A stretch of 63,643 nt of DNA, filler included, from Stramenopiles sp. TOSAG23-2 (lineage: Eukaryota): the NCBI GenBank assembly GCA_900128395.1. It is 10 parts of 10 records of this genome, joined end to end, with 100 filler letters (N's around TTAATTAATTAA, not from the genome) between each part and the next. Parts side by side here need not be neighbours in the genome. Positions count along the whole stretch, not along the records: positions 7,624 to 15,132 come from LT650307.1; positions 15,233 to 22,741 come from LT650308.1; 8 more parts are not named here. The stretch is one strand, 5' to 3'. Positions 10,901-21,082 of the stretch are shown piece after piece (the first letter of the stretch is position 1; each line of letters starts with the position of its first letter). The translations under genes and the position numbers were made by a program. The notes under the pieces were generated by a model. It worked only from the letters and a program-made list of their open reading frames with translations, was not told where the DNA came from and did not search any database.

Positions 10901-13900
10901 CGAATTATGCCCATCTAACTCTTCTACAAATTTTATAGAATCAATTGATATTAAAAACTGCTCTTGTGGTGGAAATCGGGATCGCAAATATTTAGATGGT
11001 GGATCCGATTTTAGGTGTGTATGTTTCCAAGGATATGGTAAAAGCGCAGAAGATTCATCCAAATGTACGCAATGTACTCCTGGGAGAAAAAGCGTTGACA
11101 ATGGTGATGGAGAATTGATTTGCTCAAATTGCGCAACTGGCCAATACAGCATAAACGCTGGTGTAGAAAATTGCCAGCAGTGTGCAGCAAATAAATGGAC
11201 ATGCCCTACCTCCTATAATGGCACGCTTGCTGATTCTACTGAATGTCTAGGTAAAACTAGCTGTGTACGTTGTCCTATAGGAAGAAGTGGTAATGACGGG
11301 AAGGAATGTACACCGTGTTCCCCGGGATATTTCAATGATGTTTTAGGTGGTTCGTGTAAAAAATGTGCGACTGGTCAATATCAACCATCAAATGGCCAAG
11401 TTTCGTGCATTGAGTGCGAAGCTGGAAAATTCAATGATGAAGAAGCAATAGCAACTTCTTGTAAAGATTGTAATGCGGGAAGTTATGCAAATAGAACGGG
11501 GTCAGTGGCTTGTTTATCATGTTCAAGTGGACAATTTCAAGGAGCTAAAGGTAAAACAGCATGTATTGCATGTGATTCAGTCTCATACGCAGCCCCTGGA
11601 TCAATTGCGTGCACTCTTTGTCCAATACCTTTGGTAGTAGATCCAAGATTAGGTCCGGCTCGGGATGAATCTTTTTGCGTTTGCGAAGCTGATTTTTTCT
11701 TATATCCTTCTGTAGTTTTGACAATTGCATTAGATGAGATTTCAACGGCAGGAGTAAAATTTGACAGCGCTAACCAAAGGCTGGCTGTGAGAGGCTATAT
11801 CGGAAATGTATTGGGAAAAAACAGTCGCTCAGTAGGTTTACAAAGTGGGCTGCCATATAAGGAATCATTTGAAAAAGTAGAATTGTTAACGTATGGTAGC
11901 TATGCTGGTGGATTTCGTGCTATCTTTCAAATTTTGCCAATTAATGCTAATGCCTCTAGCGCACAGGACTTACTAGCATTATTTGATACTCCTGATAAGC
12001 TAAAAGCGCCATTTGTGGACAACAATAATAAACAAAAAAATCTATGGGCTGAAAAATTAAATCCTACCTTATCCGGCGCATCCATAAAGAAAAACTGCGA
12101 GGCTTGCCCACTTGGTGGAAAGTGCCATTTTGGTATTGTTGGGGAAACCGATATAGCAGCCTTACCAGGTTTTTGGAGACCGAAGAGAACTTATGCTCGT
12201 TTTTGGAGTTGCTTCACCCCATCCACCATGGGTGGAAAACTTTATCCTTGGTTAAGTTGTTATGGAGGTGTAGAATCAAGTTGTGGTCCTGTTTTCGATT
12301 TCGAAAGAAGGCTTGGGCCACGTGGACAAACAATTAAGAACCAATTGAATAAAGCAGACTTTACAGAAATGCCAAAATCAGAGTTTGATTACACATCTGC
12401 GTTGGCAACATTATACGAAGAGGGTCAAAACGAAACAATCGATTACGCTTTAGTATACTATTTAAACGAAATGATGCATTTTCGTATGAAGGAGCATAAT
12501 AGCTTTGGATCATATTTAGCAACTGGTGGTGTCAATTCAACTAGCCCAGTGAAGGGTTATAAACCAAATATGTTAATTGGTGAGTACGGTGGACCTTTAT
12601 GTAGCATTTGTCCCGCTGGAAGTGGCCGTGATGGAAATTTCAAGTCTGGTAGTACTTGTTCACCATGTCCTGACGAAGCGGCTAATACGATGAATCTATT
12701 TTGGGTATCTCTGCTTATTCTTTGCGTATTAGGAATGATGATTTGTTCCCAAGTAACGAAAGGTTCAAAAGAAAACGATTTTCTTCAGGAATTAAAAGCA
12801 ATTTATAAAGAACGTGGATTAAGTGATTCGTATTTAAAAATGGTTATAGATAAAAAGAAAAAGAAAAAAAAGAAGAAGAAGAAGAAGAAGAAAGGAGGGG
12901 AAGGCGAAAGAGAAGATAGCAGTGATGAAGAGGAAGAAGAAGAGGAAGCACCAATGAAAGTTACCGCAACTGTTGAAGCAGTGCATGTTGATCATGCAAT
13001 AGCAAAATATAAAGCTCAAAAGAAGTATGGTACTTATTCAGGCAAACAATTGTCACATAAAGAAGTGCTTACTGGAATGTTTAGAATTTTAGCCGCATAT
13101 TTACAAGTTACTGCGTTAGCACAAGCAGTGCCTATAGAATGGCCTGAAGCTGTACTTACGATATTTCGGGGAATGGAAAGAATATCTAGCCCATCTCTTT
13201 CAATGACATCAGTTGATTGTGCCATTGCTAAGGATGACCCTGCAAATGGTAATGGTGGTGCATTTTATAAAAAATTTTACACTATGATGGCTGTTCCATT
13301 AGCTGCAGTTGGTGTTCCGTTTCTTATCTATGGCACGTATTATATCGTTGGTATAATGGCTATAGGTTGTTGTGGTTGCAAAAAGTGGCCGGCAAGGAAA
13401 ACAAAAGAAGCCTTTAAACACGCCAAAATGTTAGACGACAAGTATACGGAAGCTCGAACATCAAGAGACGAGGCAGCTGATAAACATTACGAAGAGAGGA
13501 ATAAGAGAAAACGAAGGGTCAATCTTAGAATTCGCCGACGCAAGGGTAGATTGTATAATGTCAAAACATTAGCACAATACGACGCATTTAGACATTGGAA
13601 TAGAACGGCGAATAGATACTTAATAACAGTAATCTTGATACTATTTTTATTTTATACAACTATTTCAAAATCAATTGTTAGTGCCTTTGCCTGTCAAAAA
13701 TTTGGAGAGGAAGCATATTTGATTGCAGATTTTTCGGTTGATTGCAATGGTGAGGAATATTTAAACTTCGTTCCGAATGCAATGTTTTTTTTCGTTATAT
13801 ATTGTTTAGGTATTCCGTATGCAGCATATCGCATTTTACGCAGATACATAGATGGAATTCATTATGATCCAATGCGAGCAATATCACCTGAAAATCCTAA

Positions 13901-14930
13901 AACTCTTGGTCATGAGCTTGATTATGTAGAAAATGATGCAACAAGAATCTTGTTGATGCGAGAGAAGCACACTTCCCATCAATCATTTGGTTTTCTATGG
14001 CAAGGATTGAACGAAAAAGGGCATGCACCATACTGGGAAGCATCAGCTGTTACATTACGGAAATTATTTATGATCTTTATTGTAATGATGTTTCAAGATT
14101 CAAATAAAAACATCCAAATGGTCATTGCATTGATGGGATTGTTTGTATTTACAGCTTCTCATATTAATGTAAAGCCATACGATTCGTTTGTCCATGATAA
14201 ATTAGAAATTTTATCTTTATTCGTATCTCAAACAACTATGTTTGTTGGTCTAATAGCAAATTTCCTGAAAGATGATCAAAAATCAGACAGGAGAAATTTA
14301 ACAGAGGTGGAAGCGGAAAATTGGAATCTTGCATTAGGTGGTGTTATCGTATTTTGTAATTTAATATTCATGTTGTACTTTTCAATAAATTTACTGTACC
14401 ATGCATTTTTCATGTTGGATGAAAAAGTTCAAGTAATTTTACATAAACTTTGTGGTTGTTGTTATTCAAAAAAGAAGAAGGGAAAGAAAGATAGTCGTGT
14501 CAAAAGAACGTCATTTTCATTAGATACAATGGATTATGCGTATCATAAGGATACAAGGGGCTCAAGTGGAGTAGAAATGGCGCAAAGAGGTAGTTCAATC
14601 CAACAAAAAATTAATCAAGTGATACAATTTACAGTTCCAAAAGGTTCAGGTCCAGGAAAAAAGCTAATTTTGAAAGGCTTGAGTGGAGAACGTTTCGCTG
14701 TTATCGTCCCAGATTATGCATTCCCAGGGACAAGTTTGACATTTACTTTAAATCCTAAAGATGGAGGCAAACATGTTCGTAGAAGTGTAGTAGGAGCACA
14801 AGGATTAAATGACACGATTGACTCTCTTGGTTCGCTTGGTAGCGATAGTGAAAACCCATATGACGATAGTGACGATCACGATGATGATGATGATAGTGAT
14901 AAAGAAGAGCAACTTCACCTGGTAATTTAG
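7947..14930 (+). CDS. 2327-aa cell-surface protein: signal peptide, Ig/filamin-like region, many Cys-rich ephrin-receptor-like (GCC2/GCC3) repeats, multi-pass TM C-terminus
   Basis: Hydrophobic N-terminus, DTWGDGWNGG motif, PGETDASTSTI...GKDKLG filamin-like segment, repeated CxxCxxGxYQ..GxxxC units, several hydrophobic helices after aa ~1590, and YLIADFSVDC and VKPYD motifs typical of protist Cys-rich TM proteins. Confidence 0.85.
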   Translation: MLRSLQYFIQIAIFLAFLSTIKAQNAKFGETEVRVTIKTGSYPKEQRWTLYRLTNITSRKKETSDSCPGWIDGGDPTDWSVRYNSQYNFKCMAKDFKFQTKGTYNSNKQLSTTNHPFQVCTISTKEAPCDDDDCCSYAQDGELMGEDNFISQWYGDPGNQYGPGTNGVYDVSSKTYSYGFTLKPSSLYRIKLFDTWGDGWNGGTYRVDKMTVNGSVTVIPETEFKTTTSALNGYITYSDFETNPEVYCPAGYYCPTLSQQIKCGNYTVYCPVGSSYPIKVSSNDKCGSHPAIANDYSTCTKEIDCPKLEITEDPSGKLLVEKLALVQPESGVARIKLKNSNSAEVGGPAIIWSCPRSADANNANNLKQITIGQPLWNVAPSPTLCFNAGSYGASAPDKEWLAWQVPQGTLEAGESVIIEVLLLSAEVQVANDTYRSSLNISYITPARATLQPSLRMSSLPFHMSVGEAQNILVFPFRLESTLRVGEVDMHDIYVFNIGNSPEGQTFDEFGVYLLPETDDDAWNDGVDTKYSNNSVWAELDSPSATGSQICTSTTVDFDSLDTNCKVKNDRTFKKYRVKFSAENVGAQIDPYDYSIRVKTTDNEVVNINFKLTVTPGETDASTSTIAPADLNNTQLVVGSTLVVQIFGKDKLGGPSEDQDFFFLKYKKTTKLENGVEKSCDGGCEEGQIQAVQSIVSPTNVHTVSIVLAEFGNTAIEILLKGVVVGSNTYTVRAKEPDCPANSNPNINKDACECKAGYAALSTATSDTLLCTPCPVNSYKAKAGNKPCSTCPAHSLTNNLTTSKSLYSCACVDTRRSINLTTFDVEDTLLFKCQCNAGYEDSKSDSTCLECNAGSYQALDNADPNIQVCEKCEHGKVTNSKMATNCTSCVVNQWSCSDTLFNQYGVDIDAEVKCIGYTQCVDCPIGTAGTDGKTCESCDPGMYNGNRGESCKDCAMGKYQSGSGNATCISCAIGSFKSTTKSATPCELCPSNSSTNFIESIDIKNCSCGGNRDRKYLDGGSDFRCVCFQGYGKSAEDSSKCTQCTPGRKSVDNGDGELICSNCATGQYSINAGVENCQQCAANKWTCPTSYNGTLADSTECLGKTSCVRCPIGRSGNDGKECTPCSPGYFNDVLGGSCKKCATGQYQPSNGQVSCIECEAGKFNDEEAIATSCKDCNAGSYANRTGSVACLSCSSGQFQGAKGKTACIACDSVSYAAPGSIACTLCPIPLVVDPRLGPARDESFCVCEADFFLYPSVVLTIALDEISTAGVKFDSANQRLAVRGYIGNVLGKNSRSVGLQSGLPYKESFEKVELLTYGSYAGGFRAIFQILPINANASSAQDLLALFDTPDKLKAPFVDNNNKQKNLWAEKLNPTLSGASIKKNCEACPLGGKCHFGIVGETDIAALPGFWRPKRTYARFWSCFTPSTMGGKLYPWLSCYGGVESSCGPVFDFERRLGPRGQTIKNQLNKADFTEMPKSEFDYTSALATLYEEGQNETIDYALVYYLNEMMHFRMKEHNSFGSYLATGGVNSTSPVKGYKPNMLIGEYGGPLCSICPAGSGRDGNFKSGSTCSPCPDEAANTMNLFWVSLLILCVLGMMICSQVTKGSKENDFLQELKAIYKERGLSDSYLKMVIDKKKKKKKKKKKKKKGGEGEREDSSDEEEEEEEAPMKVTATVEAVHVDHAIAKYKAQKKYGTYSGKQLSHKEVLTGMFRILAAYLQVTALAQAVPIEWPEAVLTIFRGMERISSPSLSMTSVDCAIAKDDPANGNGGAFYKKFYTMMAVPLAAVGVPFLIYGTYYIVGIMAIGCCGCKKWPARKTKEAFKHAKMLDDKYTEARTSRDEAADKHYEERNKRKRRVNLRIRRRKGRLYNVKTLAQYDAFRHWNRTANRYLITVILILFLFYTTISKSIVSAFACQKFGEEAYLIADFSVDCNGEEYLNFVPNAMFFFVIYCLGIPYAAYRILRRYIDGIHYDPMRAISPENPKTLGHELDYVENDATRILLMREKHTSHQSFGFLWQGLNEKGHAPYWEASAVTLRKLFMIFIVMMFQDSNKNIQMVIALMGLFVFTASHINVKPYDSFVHDKLEILSLFVSQTTMFVGLIANFLKDDQKSDRRNLTEVEAENWNLALGGVIVFCNLIFMLYFSINLLYHAFFMLDEKVQVILHKLCGCCYSKKKKGKKDSRVKRTSFSLDTMDYAYHKDTRGSSGVEMAQRGSSIQQKINQVIQFTVPKGSGPGKKLILKGLSGERFAVIVPDYAFPGTSLTFTLNPKDGGKHVRRSVVGAQGLNDTIDSLGSLGSDSENPYDDSDDHDDDDDSDKEEQLHLVI

Positions 14931-15002
14931 AGATTTAGATATGATATGATAATAATTATAATATATATATAATATATACATGTATATGATATATATATAA
15001 TA

Positions 15003-15120
15003 ATGGTTAAAATCTAAAGTTATAATATTTTTACACTTCTCGTGTTAAGTAATATATATATATATATAATGATATGATATGCTCAATACTCAATCGCAAG
15101 AATAATATGTTATCCTACTA
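15003..15120 (+). repeat. Dispersed repeat family; other copies at 293-345 (+), 7471-7521 (-), 20937-21050 (+), 59658-59790 (+, diverged)
   Basis: Core ATGGTTAAAATCTAA(A)GTTATAAT..TTTTAC..CTTC(C/T)CGTG. The second block CTCAATACTCAATC(G/A)CAAGAATAATATG(T/C)TATCCTACTA is shared by the 15003 and 20937 copies. Confidence 0.85.
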
Positions 15121-15232
15121 TAGTAAAGCTCTNNNNNNNNNNNNNNNNNNNNNNNNNNNNNNNNNNNNNNNNNNNNTTAATTAATTAANNNNNNNNNNNN
15201 NNNNNNNNNNNNNNNNNNNNNNNNNNNNNNNN

Positions 15233-15522
15233 AAATAGTTAAATATTTGATTGAACAATGTGAAGCTGATCCTAATATTGCACATAGGTATGCAGCGAAT
15301 GCATTACATTTAGCAGCAGAGAATAACAAAAAGGATACGGAGTTGATTGAGTTCTTATTAACTAATATGCCTCTTACTAGCATTAATAAGAAGATCACGG
15401 GAATGTTCGGGGGGGGAGACACTCCCCTGGACTGTGCATATACATATAATAATAGTCCAATTAAATATGAGATCATTGATCTTATACGTTCAAAAGGTGG
15501 AAAACGTGAAGAAGAGTTATAA
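15233..15522 (+). CDS. Ankyrin-repeat protein, 3' fragment (truncated at contig start)
   Basis: IVKYLIEQCEADPN...NALHLAAE...GDTPLDCAY...IIDLIRSKGGK ankyrin motifs. Confidence 0.8.
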
Positions 15523-16767
15523 AAATAAAACATGATATTAAAATTAAAAACCATATGCATATAATATATATATATATAATTTAATTTACGCATATATATA
15601 TATATATACACACATATGATTGTCTCAGCAGTTATTGTATTCTTTCTGGAAAGTATAGGAATTAATCATTTGAGTAAATTTAAAAATATAAGAGTTAATG
15701 CATTAATTAAACTATATATACATGGTTGATGGAAACATACTTTTTCTAATTTTTGAATGTTTTATCAAACTTTTCTCATGTTGTACGAAGTAGATGCTGG
15801 ATGACATTTATTAAACACAACCATTTAAAGAAAAAGAAAACGACAAATCCGACGATCCACTTTTGTTTTAATTTCATGTGTCTTCAGTAGTATATGTATA
15901 TATATGTAACGCGAGAATTAATTATACACAATGATGATTTAAATAAAATAACTAGAACAAACAATACACAAATTAAAATGTTTCTATAAAGTATAATCTA
16001 ATAAGAGTTGAAACATATACCTAGATTGCTTTTAATACCAAAATGCGGGCATATTACGATTACATACGTTATACTCTCTTTATAGATATATATTGTAAAC
16101 AATGATGTATTCAATCAGGTGTTGATACAGTTTTATTTTATTTGATCGTTTAAAGTTTTGAATTCAAACGTTAAAATCACGTTTTTTTTGTATTATTCTG
16201 ATAAAACGTCGTTATAAACATTTAGATTTACGAACCGTATAAAAATTTATACATCTCATACATTGATAGTCATATGAAAATGAAATACCAAATTGGATTA
16301 GCAACCGTTTTATCGTATGCCTCTGTGCTTTCTTCAATGTTGCTGGTGAATATATGAATTTTTTACGTGTATTAACACCATTTGATATGATGATGAGGAA
16401 GATAGAAATTCAAAAAAATACAAAATACAAACAACAAAATGTTTTGAAATTAGAAGGGTAAATCTTCATCTTATGTACGTTCGTAAAATATACGAGTATC
16501 GTACGTATATAATATGCTAATATTTTTATTTTAATAAAACTTTTTCTTCTCTCTCTCTCCTCCGTTCTCTCTCTCCTCGCTCTATCTTCTCTCCGTGTCT
16601 TCGCGGTGTGTCATTGTGTCATTTATAAAAATGATAATTATTAAAAGATGCATTGATACCAGCGGTTTGTATATACGCGGTAAACATAAGTAATATCTCT
16701 CTACAAACGTGGTATAGATGTGTGTCACCCCATAAATTACAACAATACATATTACAATTAAAATCTT

Positions 16768-19700
16768 TTACTGATTACCACCATTCTTAGCAGCAGCTTC
16801 TTTTGCTTCCTCCTCCGCTTTCTTTGCTTTACGTTGTGCTTCCTCTTGTGCTTTAACAACTAATCCTTGACATGCTTGTTGAATCTGTGGATTCAATGCT
16901 TGAACAACTGGTTGTGGCAATTGTTGAAATACGGATACATAGGTTTCCAATACACTAATTTCATCTAATCGAGATGTATATTTATCTTCATAATCTTCCA
17001 TATCATCCTGTGCCCAAACATCTGTATTTGCTTTTGCTTCTTCTTGTAATTCATTTAACATTTTCATATATTCATCATCCCCTTCATTTACAACATCATC
17101 ATCATTTTCTGCTTCTTCATCATCATCATCGTCATCATCATCATCGTCGTCATCGTCGTCGTCATCGTCATCATCCATACCATCATCATCTGAATCATCT
17201 GAATCATCTGAATCACTTGAATCACTATCACTACTACTTGCATCTTCATCACCTTCCTCTTCTATTTGTCGTGTTAAATTAAAAATCATCTCAACGCATT
17301 TTATAACTATTTGTGTATACCCATCTTGAATAAGCTGCGGCAATTGGTTTTGTGGCCTGACATTTAATATACTTAACAAAGATAGACAACATATTTTTTT
17401 CGATCGTTGCGTCTCGTGATTAGACAATTGTTGAAACAATAACGTTATGAAAAATTGCAATGCATCTTTTGATTGTAAATATTGCAATGCAGCAAGGGCA
17501 TTGTAAATTACAGCGCTTTCGATCACTTCTAACATTGCGCGTGAGACGGATGGCGACATTGCTATTTGCATTCTGTTCAATGTCCCTTGCATTACTATTG
17601 GCACATAATTATCAATTTTACCATGGCAATTATGCAAAAGACTTAAATACAATCGTGAAGCAGCTATCGTATCAAAATCATTTGCTTTTTCAGCCTGTTC
17701 AAATATTTTTTGTACAACTCGCATAACAATCTCCACATAGGACATCCCATTTACTTGGCCTTGGACAAAGGTATCCGTATCTAAACTGATGTAATTGTCA
17801 TATGGGCTAATAATTTCATGGATGTAATCATATGCATATTTATCAAAACATGCATATATCATCGGAAAAATGTTCCACAATTGAGGGCTAAATGGTGCTT
17901 GGCCTCTGAATGTTAAATAACATACGGTTTGCAATACATTTTCTAAATATTCCATTCCTTGGCCAGATGGATTTAATACTGCTTCGACTAATGGCAATAT
18001 TTGTGGTTCCATTTGACGTACTAACATCGGCTTATCATCTGGCAATGCATCTAACAATACGTTGATACTATCGATGCAATTCATAGCTGCCATGGCAGCC
18101 TCATCATCATCCCCACTACTACCCATTTGCGCAAACCGTTGAAAGGCTTGTGATAAATTATTCAATATTTCCATCGCATGTGGTTCAATATCATCTTGCA
18201 ACGCATCAATAATAGCTGCCAACGCTTCGATCACTTCATCGACACCTATTTCACTCATCATTCGAAAATATGCATTTAACACTTGCGGCAAGACACTTTT
18301 AATGACTTGTATGACCGGGTGATCACCTAATTGTATTAAATCAGCACCTTCCTCTAATTTCTTATTCATTTTATCGCATTCTTCCTCCGATGATTGAATT
18401 AAAAATCTCAACGCAGCAGCTGCTTGAATTTGTACTGGTAATTCTGGATCAGCTAAGCAATTTACAATACTTTGTGCAGATTGTACTTGTGCTTGCCTAT
18501 TTTGCCATATGACATCCCCAGCAAATTGTTGTACCACCCAACATGCTCTTGCTCGTATGAATCCGTGTGGGGATTGAAATTCTGGTAAAATATGTGTAAT
18601 TAATAATGGCTCCACTGCATTTCTCGTCGCTTTTTTAGAAATTAAATACTCATGCAATGCACCTAATACACCCATTACACCTTCTTTTTCCCGATATGGT
18701 TTATCATTTGGATTTTGTACTTGCGTATATTTAGTCAATACCTCGTTGCAAAAATTCAAAATCTTCGGCACCGTGCTTTTATAACGTAATTTTGCCAAGT
18801 CCAAAAACAATGTAATTACCGCGCTACGTGGGTCTATATAATCTTCCATTGGATCAAAACTTTTACGAATGTATTCATGTGGTTCCTCCGTCCACAATAA
18901 ATAATCTTGATTGTTAAAATATAAGATTGGGAAACATATTTGGAACAATATCGTATCCATATGTGGCTTTAATACTTTCCATGTAATTCCCATCTCCGCT
19001 GCACAACCTAAATAACTAATACCTTCCATCATACATCGATTGGAGCAAAATTTACCACTTGCCCGTAATGAAATTTGATTTAAACAGCTTTCCATGATAG
19101 GTACACTCAATTCATTCAAAAACATTTTTGAAAAGTCTTTATCCTCTTGCTCCACGTACCTTGTATTTCCAAAGCGACTGAAAATACGATGGAAAAATTT
19201 CATAGCCCATTTCTTCGCTTTTATCCATACATATTTATTACGGTCCTCATCATCCCCATCTTCATCTTTTGGGGGCAATAACATCTCTACGTCTTTTTTC
19301 ACGATTAAATTTAAATTTCCCATCCAATTCATTAAATTATCACGATTTTTTAAATATGGTGCCATGATAAACATGGAGGATGACCATACGCATTTACATA
19401 TCAAACGGCAAATATCACCAGCAGCATCGATTTGCGTCCTGTCCCCACCCGTAAATTGCTGATTCACTACTTGAGATAATATTTGCAATAATGTAGGAAA
19501 GGTTTGGTTGATAATTAAATCTAATGTTTGTCTTCGTTCTCTGGAACGAAATTCATAATTTTTCAATAATTTACGACAAATTGTAATGCTATTTGTCATG
19601 CGAGTTATATCACCCGATTGGCAACCACTTAATATTTGTGGTAATAAATTCGTCCATTTACTTGGAAAATCATGTGTTGCTATGTGATTGATAGCTTCAC

Positions 19701-20139
19701 CCAACGTGGCACGTACATTTTTTTTTGGTGCACGAACGGCTGCTTCGAAGATATTTTCACGCAACATATTTTTATCTCCTTCATTTAATTGTTGTGCTTT
19801 TGGAACTCCTTGTTGTTCCTCGTTTTTTTGCATGGCGCTTCTCAACATACGCTCATGGCTATCCGCATCGATTGGTGGTAAAACGGACCAATGTTTCTTA
19901 ATACTATTTTTTAAATGAATTGCACCAGCTAAACGTATATGTGGTTGTGGATGGGCAACAATAAATTGTAATAATTGTGGGAAAAAACCAGGTGTAAAAA
20001 CCGTGTCTTTTAAAAATTGTTCAGCACTTAAACGCAATTGTTTATTTGGATTAAATGTATTTTGCAACGCAGCTGCTATTGTGTTTGTATCAACAACATT
20101 ATTGTTGTTATTTGAAGGTGATGTTGCAAGGGATGCCAT
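16768..20139 (-). CDS. IPO7: Importin-7/8 family karyopherin (IPO7/SAD2/Nmd5-like)
   Basis: IBN_N (AGAIHLKNSIKKHW), DFPSKW, W.KAKKWA, LWTEEPHEYIRK, PEFQSPHGFIRARACW, long acidic C-terminal tract. Confidence 0.9.
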   Translation of the reverse strand: MASLATSPSNNNNNVVDTNTIAAALQNTFNPNKQLRLSAEQFLKDTVFTPGFFPQLLQFIVAHPQPHIRLAGAIHLKNSIKKHWSVLPPIDADSHERMLRSAMQKNEEQQGVPKAQQLNEGDKNMLRENIFEAAVRAPKKNVRATLGEAINHIATHDFPSKWTNLLPQILSGCQSGDITRMTNSITICRKLLKNYEFRSRERRQTLDLIINQTFPTLLQILSQVVNQQFTGGDRTQIDAAGDICRLICKCVWSSSMFIMAPYLKNRDNLMNWMGNLNLIVKKDVEMLLPPKDEDGDDEDRNKYVWIKAKKWAMKFFHRIFSRFGNTRYVEQEDKDFSKMFLNELSVPIMESCLNQISLRASGKFCSNRCMMEGISYLGCAAEMGITWKVLKPHMDTILFQICFPILYFNNQDYLLWTEEPHEYIRKSFDPMEDYIDPRSAVITLFLDLAKLRYKSTVPKILNFCNEVLTKYTQVQNPNDKPYREKEGVMGVLGALHEYLISKKATRNAVEPLLITHILPEFQSPHGFIRARACWVVQQFAGDVIWQNRQAQVQSAQSIVNCLADPELPVQIQAAAALRFLIQSSEEECDKMNKKLEEGADLIQLGDHPVIQVIKSVLPQVLNAYFRMMSEIGVDEVIEALAAIIDALQDDIEPHAMEILNNLSQAFQRFAQMGSSGDDDEAAMAAMNCIDSINVLLDALPDDKPMLVRQMEPQILPLVEAVLNPSGQGMEYLENVLQTVCYLTFRGQAPFSPQLWNIFPMIYACFDKYAYDYIHEIISPYDNYISLDTDTFVQGQVNGMSYVEIVMRVVQKIFEQAEKANDFDTIAASRLYLSLLHNCHGKIDNYVPIVMQGTLNRMQIAMSPSVSRAMLEVIESAVIYNALAALQYLQSKDALQFFITLLFQQLSNHETQRSKKICCLSLLSILNVRPQNQLPQLIQDGYTQIVIKCVEMIFNLTRQIEEEGDEDASSSDSDSSDSDDSDDSDDDGMDDDDDDDDDDDDDDDDDDDEEAENDDDVVNEGDDEYMKMLNELQEEAKANTDVWAQDDMEDYEDKYTSRLDEISVLETYVSVFQQLPQPVVQALNPQIQQACQGLVVKAQEEAQRKAKKAEEEAKEAAAKNGGNQ

Positions 20140-20707
20140 ATTTTATATTTTTAAAACAAAATAATTCAATTTACTACAAGCTAGGAAATTCTGAATAATG
20201 TTCGTAATTTTTCAGTATAATTTTAATTTATAATTAATCAATCCTAGAAAAAAAAAAAAAAAAATTAAAAAAAGAAACCAAAAAAAATAAGATATATATA
20301 TATATCTACTACTTTCTGTTTCGTAATCTCGCAATTCAATGAAGTATTTATATTATTTCTGTTGTTTCTATATATATCTATATCATAATTTTACAAAACA
20401 CACACACACACACACAGCCTAGCTATATATAATATTATATTGGAAAGGAAAGGGAGAGGAAAATTCATTGGCCCGCGTTTCCTCAGGAATTTCAAATACA
20501 GTTAAGGTATAATACGAATCTGACATGACGACGCAGACTATTATAGATAGTACTATATACGATGTAGTACACTATTTATACAGGAATTATTAACTTGCAA
20601 TTTTCCTTAAAATGATCGGATCAATCATCTCTCTCTGCATCAATTAAATCTAAATCGGAATTCAACACTTTTTCCTATCAAATTGACCAATTAGAATACA
20701 AATTAGT

Positions 20708-20929
20708 GTACCAGAAAAAGACTCTCAGAACAGTTCGAATTGACTTACTAATAAGCACCTAAAGACAAATAATTTTGGTGTTTTGCACTTTTTAAATGCA
20801 AATTATATAGCGAGTGTTTCCGGGTAACAGAAAAACTGACTCTCAGAAAGTTCGAATTGACTTACTAATAAGCACCTGTTAATGACAAATAATTTTTGGT
20901 GTTTTGCACTTTTTAAATGCAAATTATAT
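20708..20929. repeat. Two-copy direct tandem repeat, period 118 bp
   Basis: GACTCTCAGAA..GTTCGAATTGACTTACTAATAAGCACCT...GACAAATAATTTT(T)GGTGTTTTGCACTTTTTAAATGCAAATTATAT at 20720 and 20838. Confidence 0.9.
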
Positions 20930-21082
20930 TAGGAGAATGGTTAAAATCAAAGTTATAACAATTTAATTTTTTACTCTTTTACTACCCGTGGTAGATAATA
21001 CGTCGTACTACTCAATACTCAATCACAAGAATAATATGCTATCCTACTACAACGTGTGTTGATAGTAGTGGGAATCTATGAA

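Noticed and set aside
9227-13225. Numerous 60-190 aa antisense or alternate-frame ORFs inside long genes (here and throughout the window)
   Set aside because: Shadow ORFs of real CDSs with no independent motifs.
15620-16465. Possible decayed membrane-protein pseudogene
   Set aside because: Short broken frames with no recognisable family motif.
20730-20745. tRNA gene suggested by GTTCGAAT
   Set aside because: No cloverleaf stems or A-box around it.
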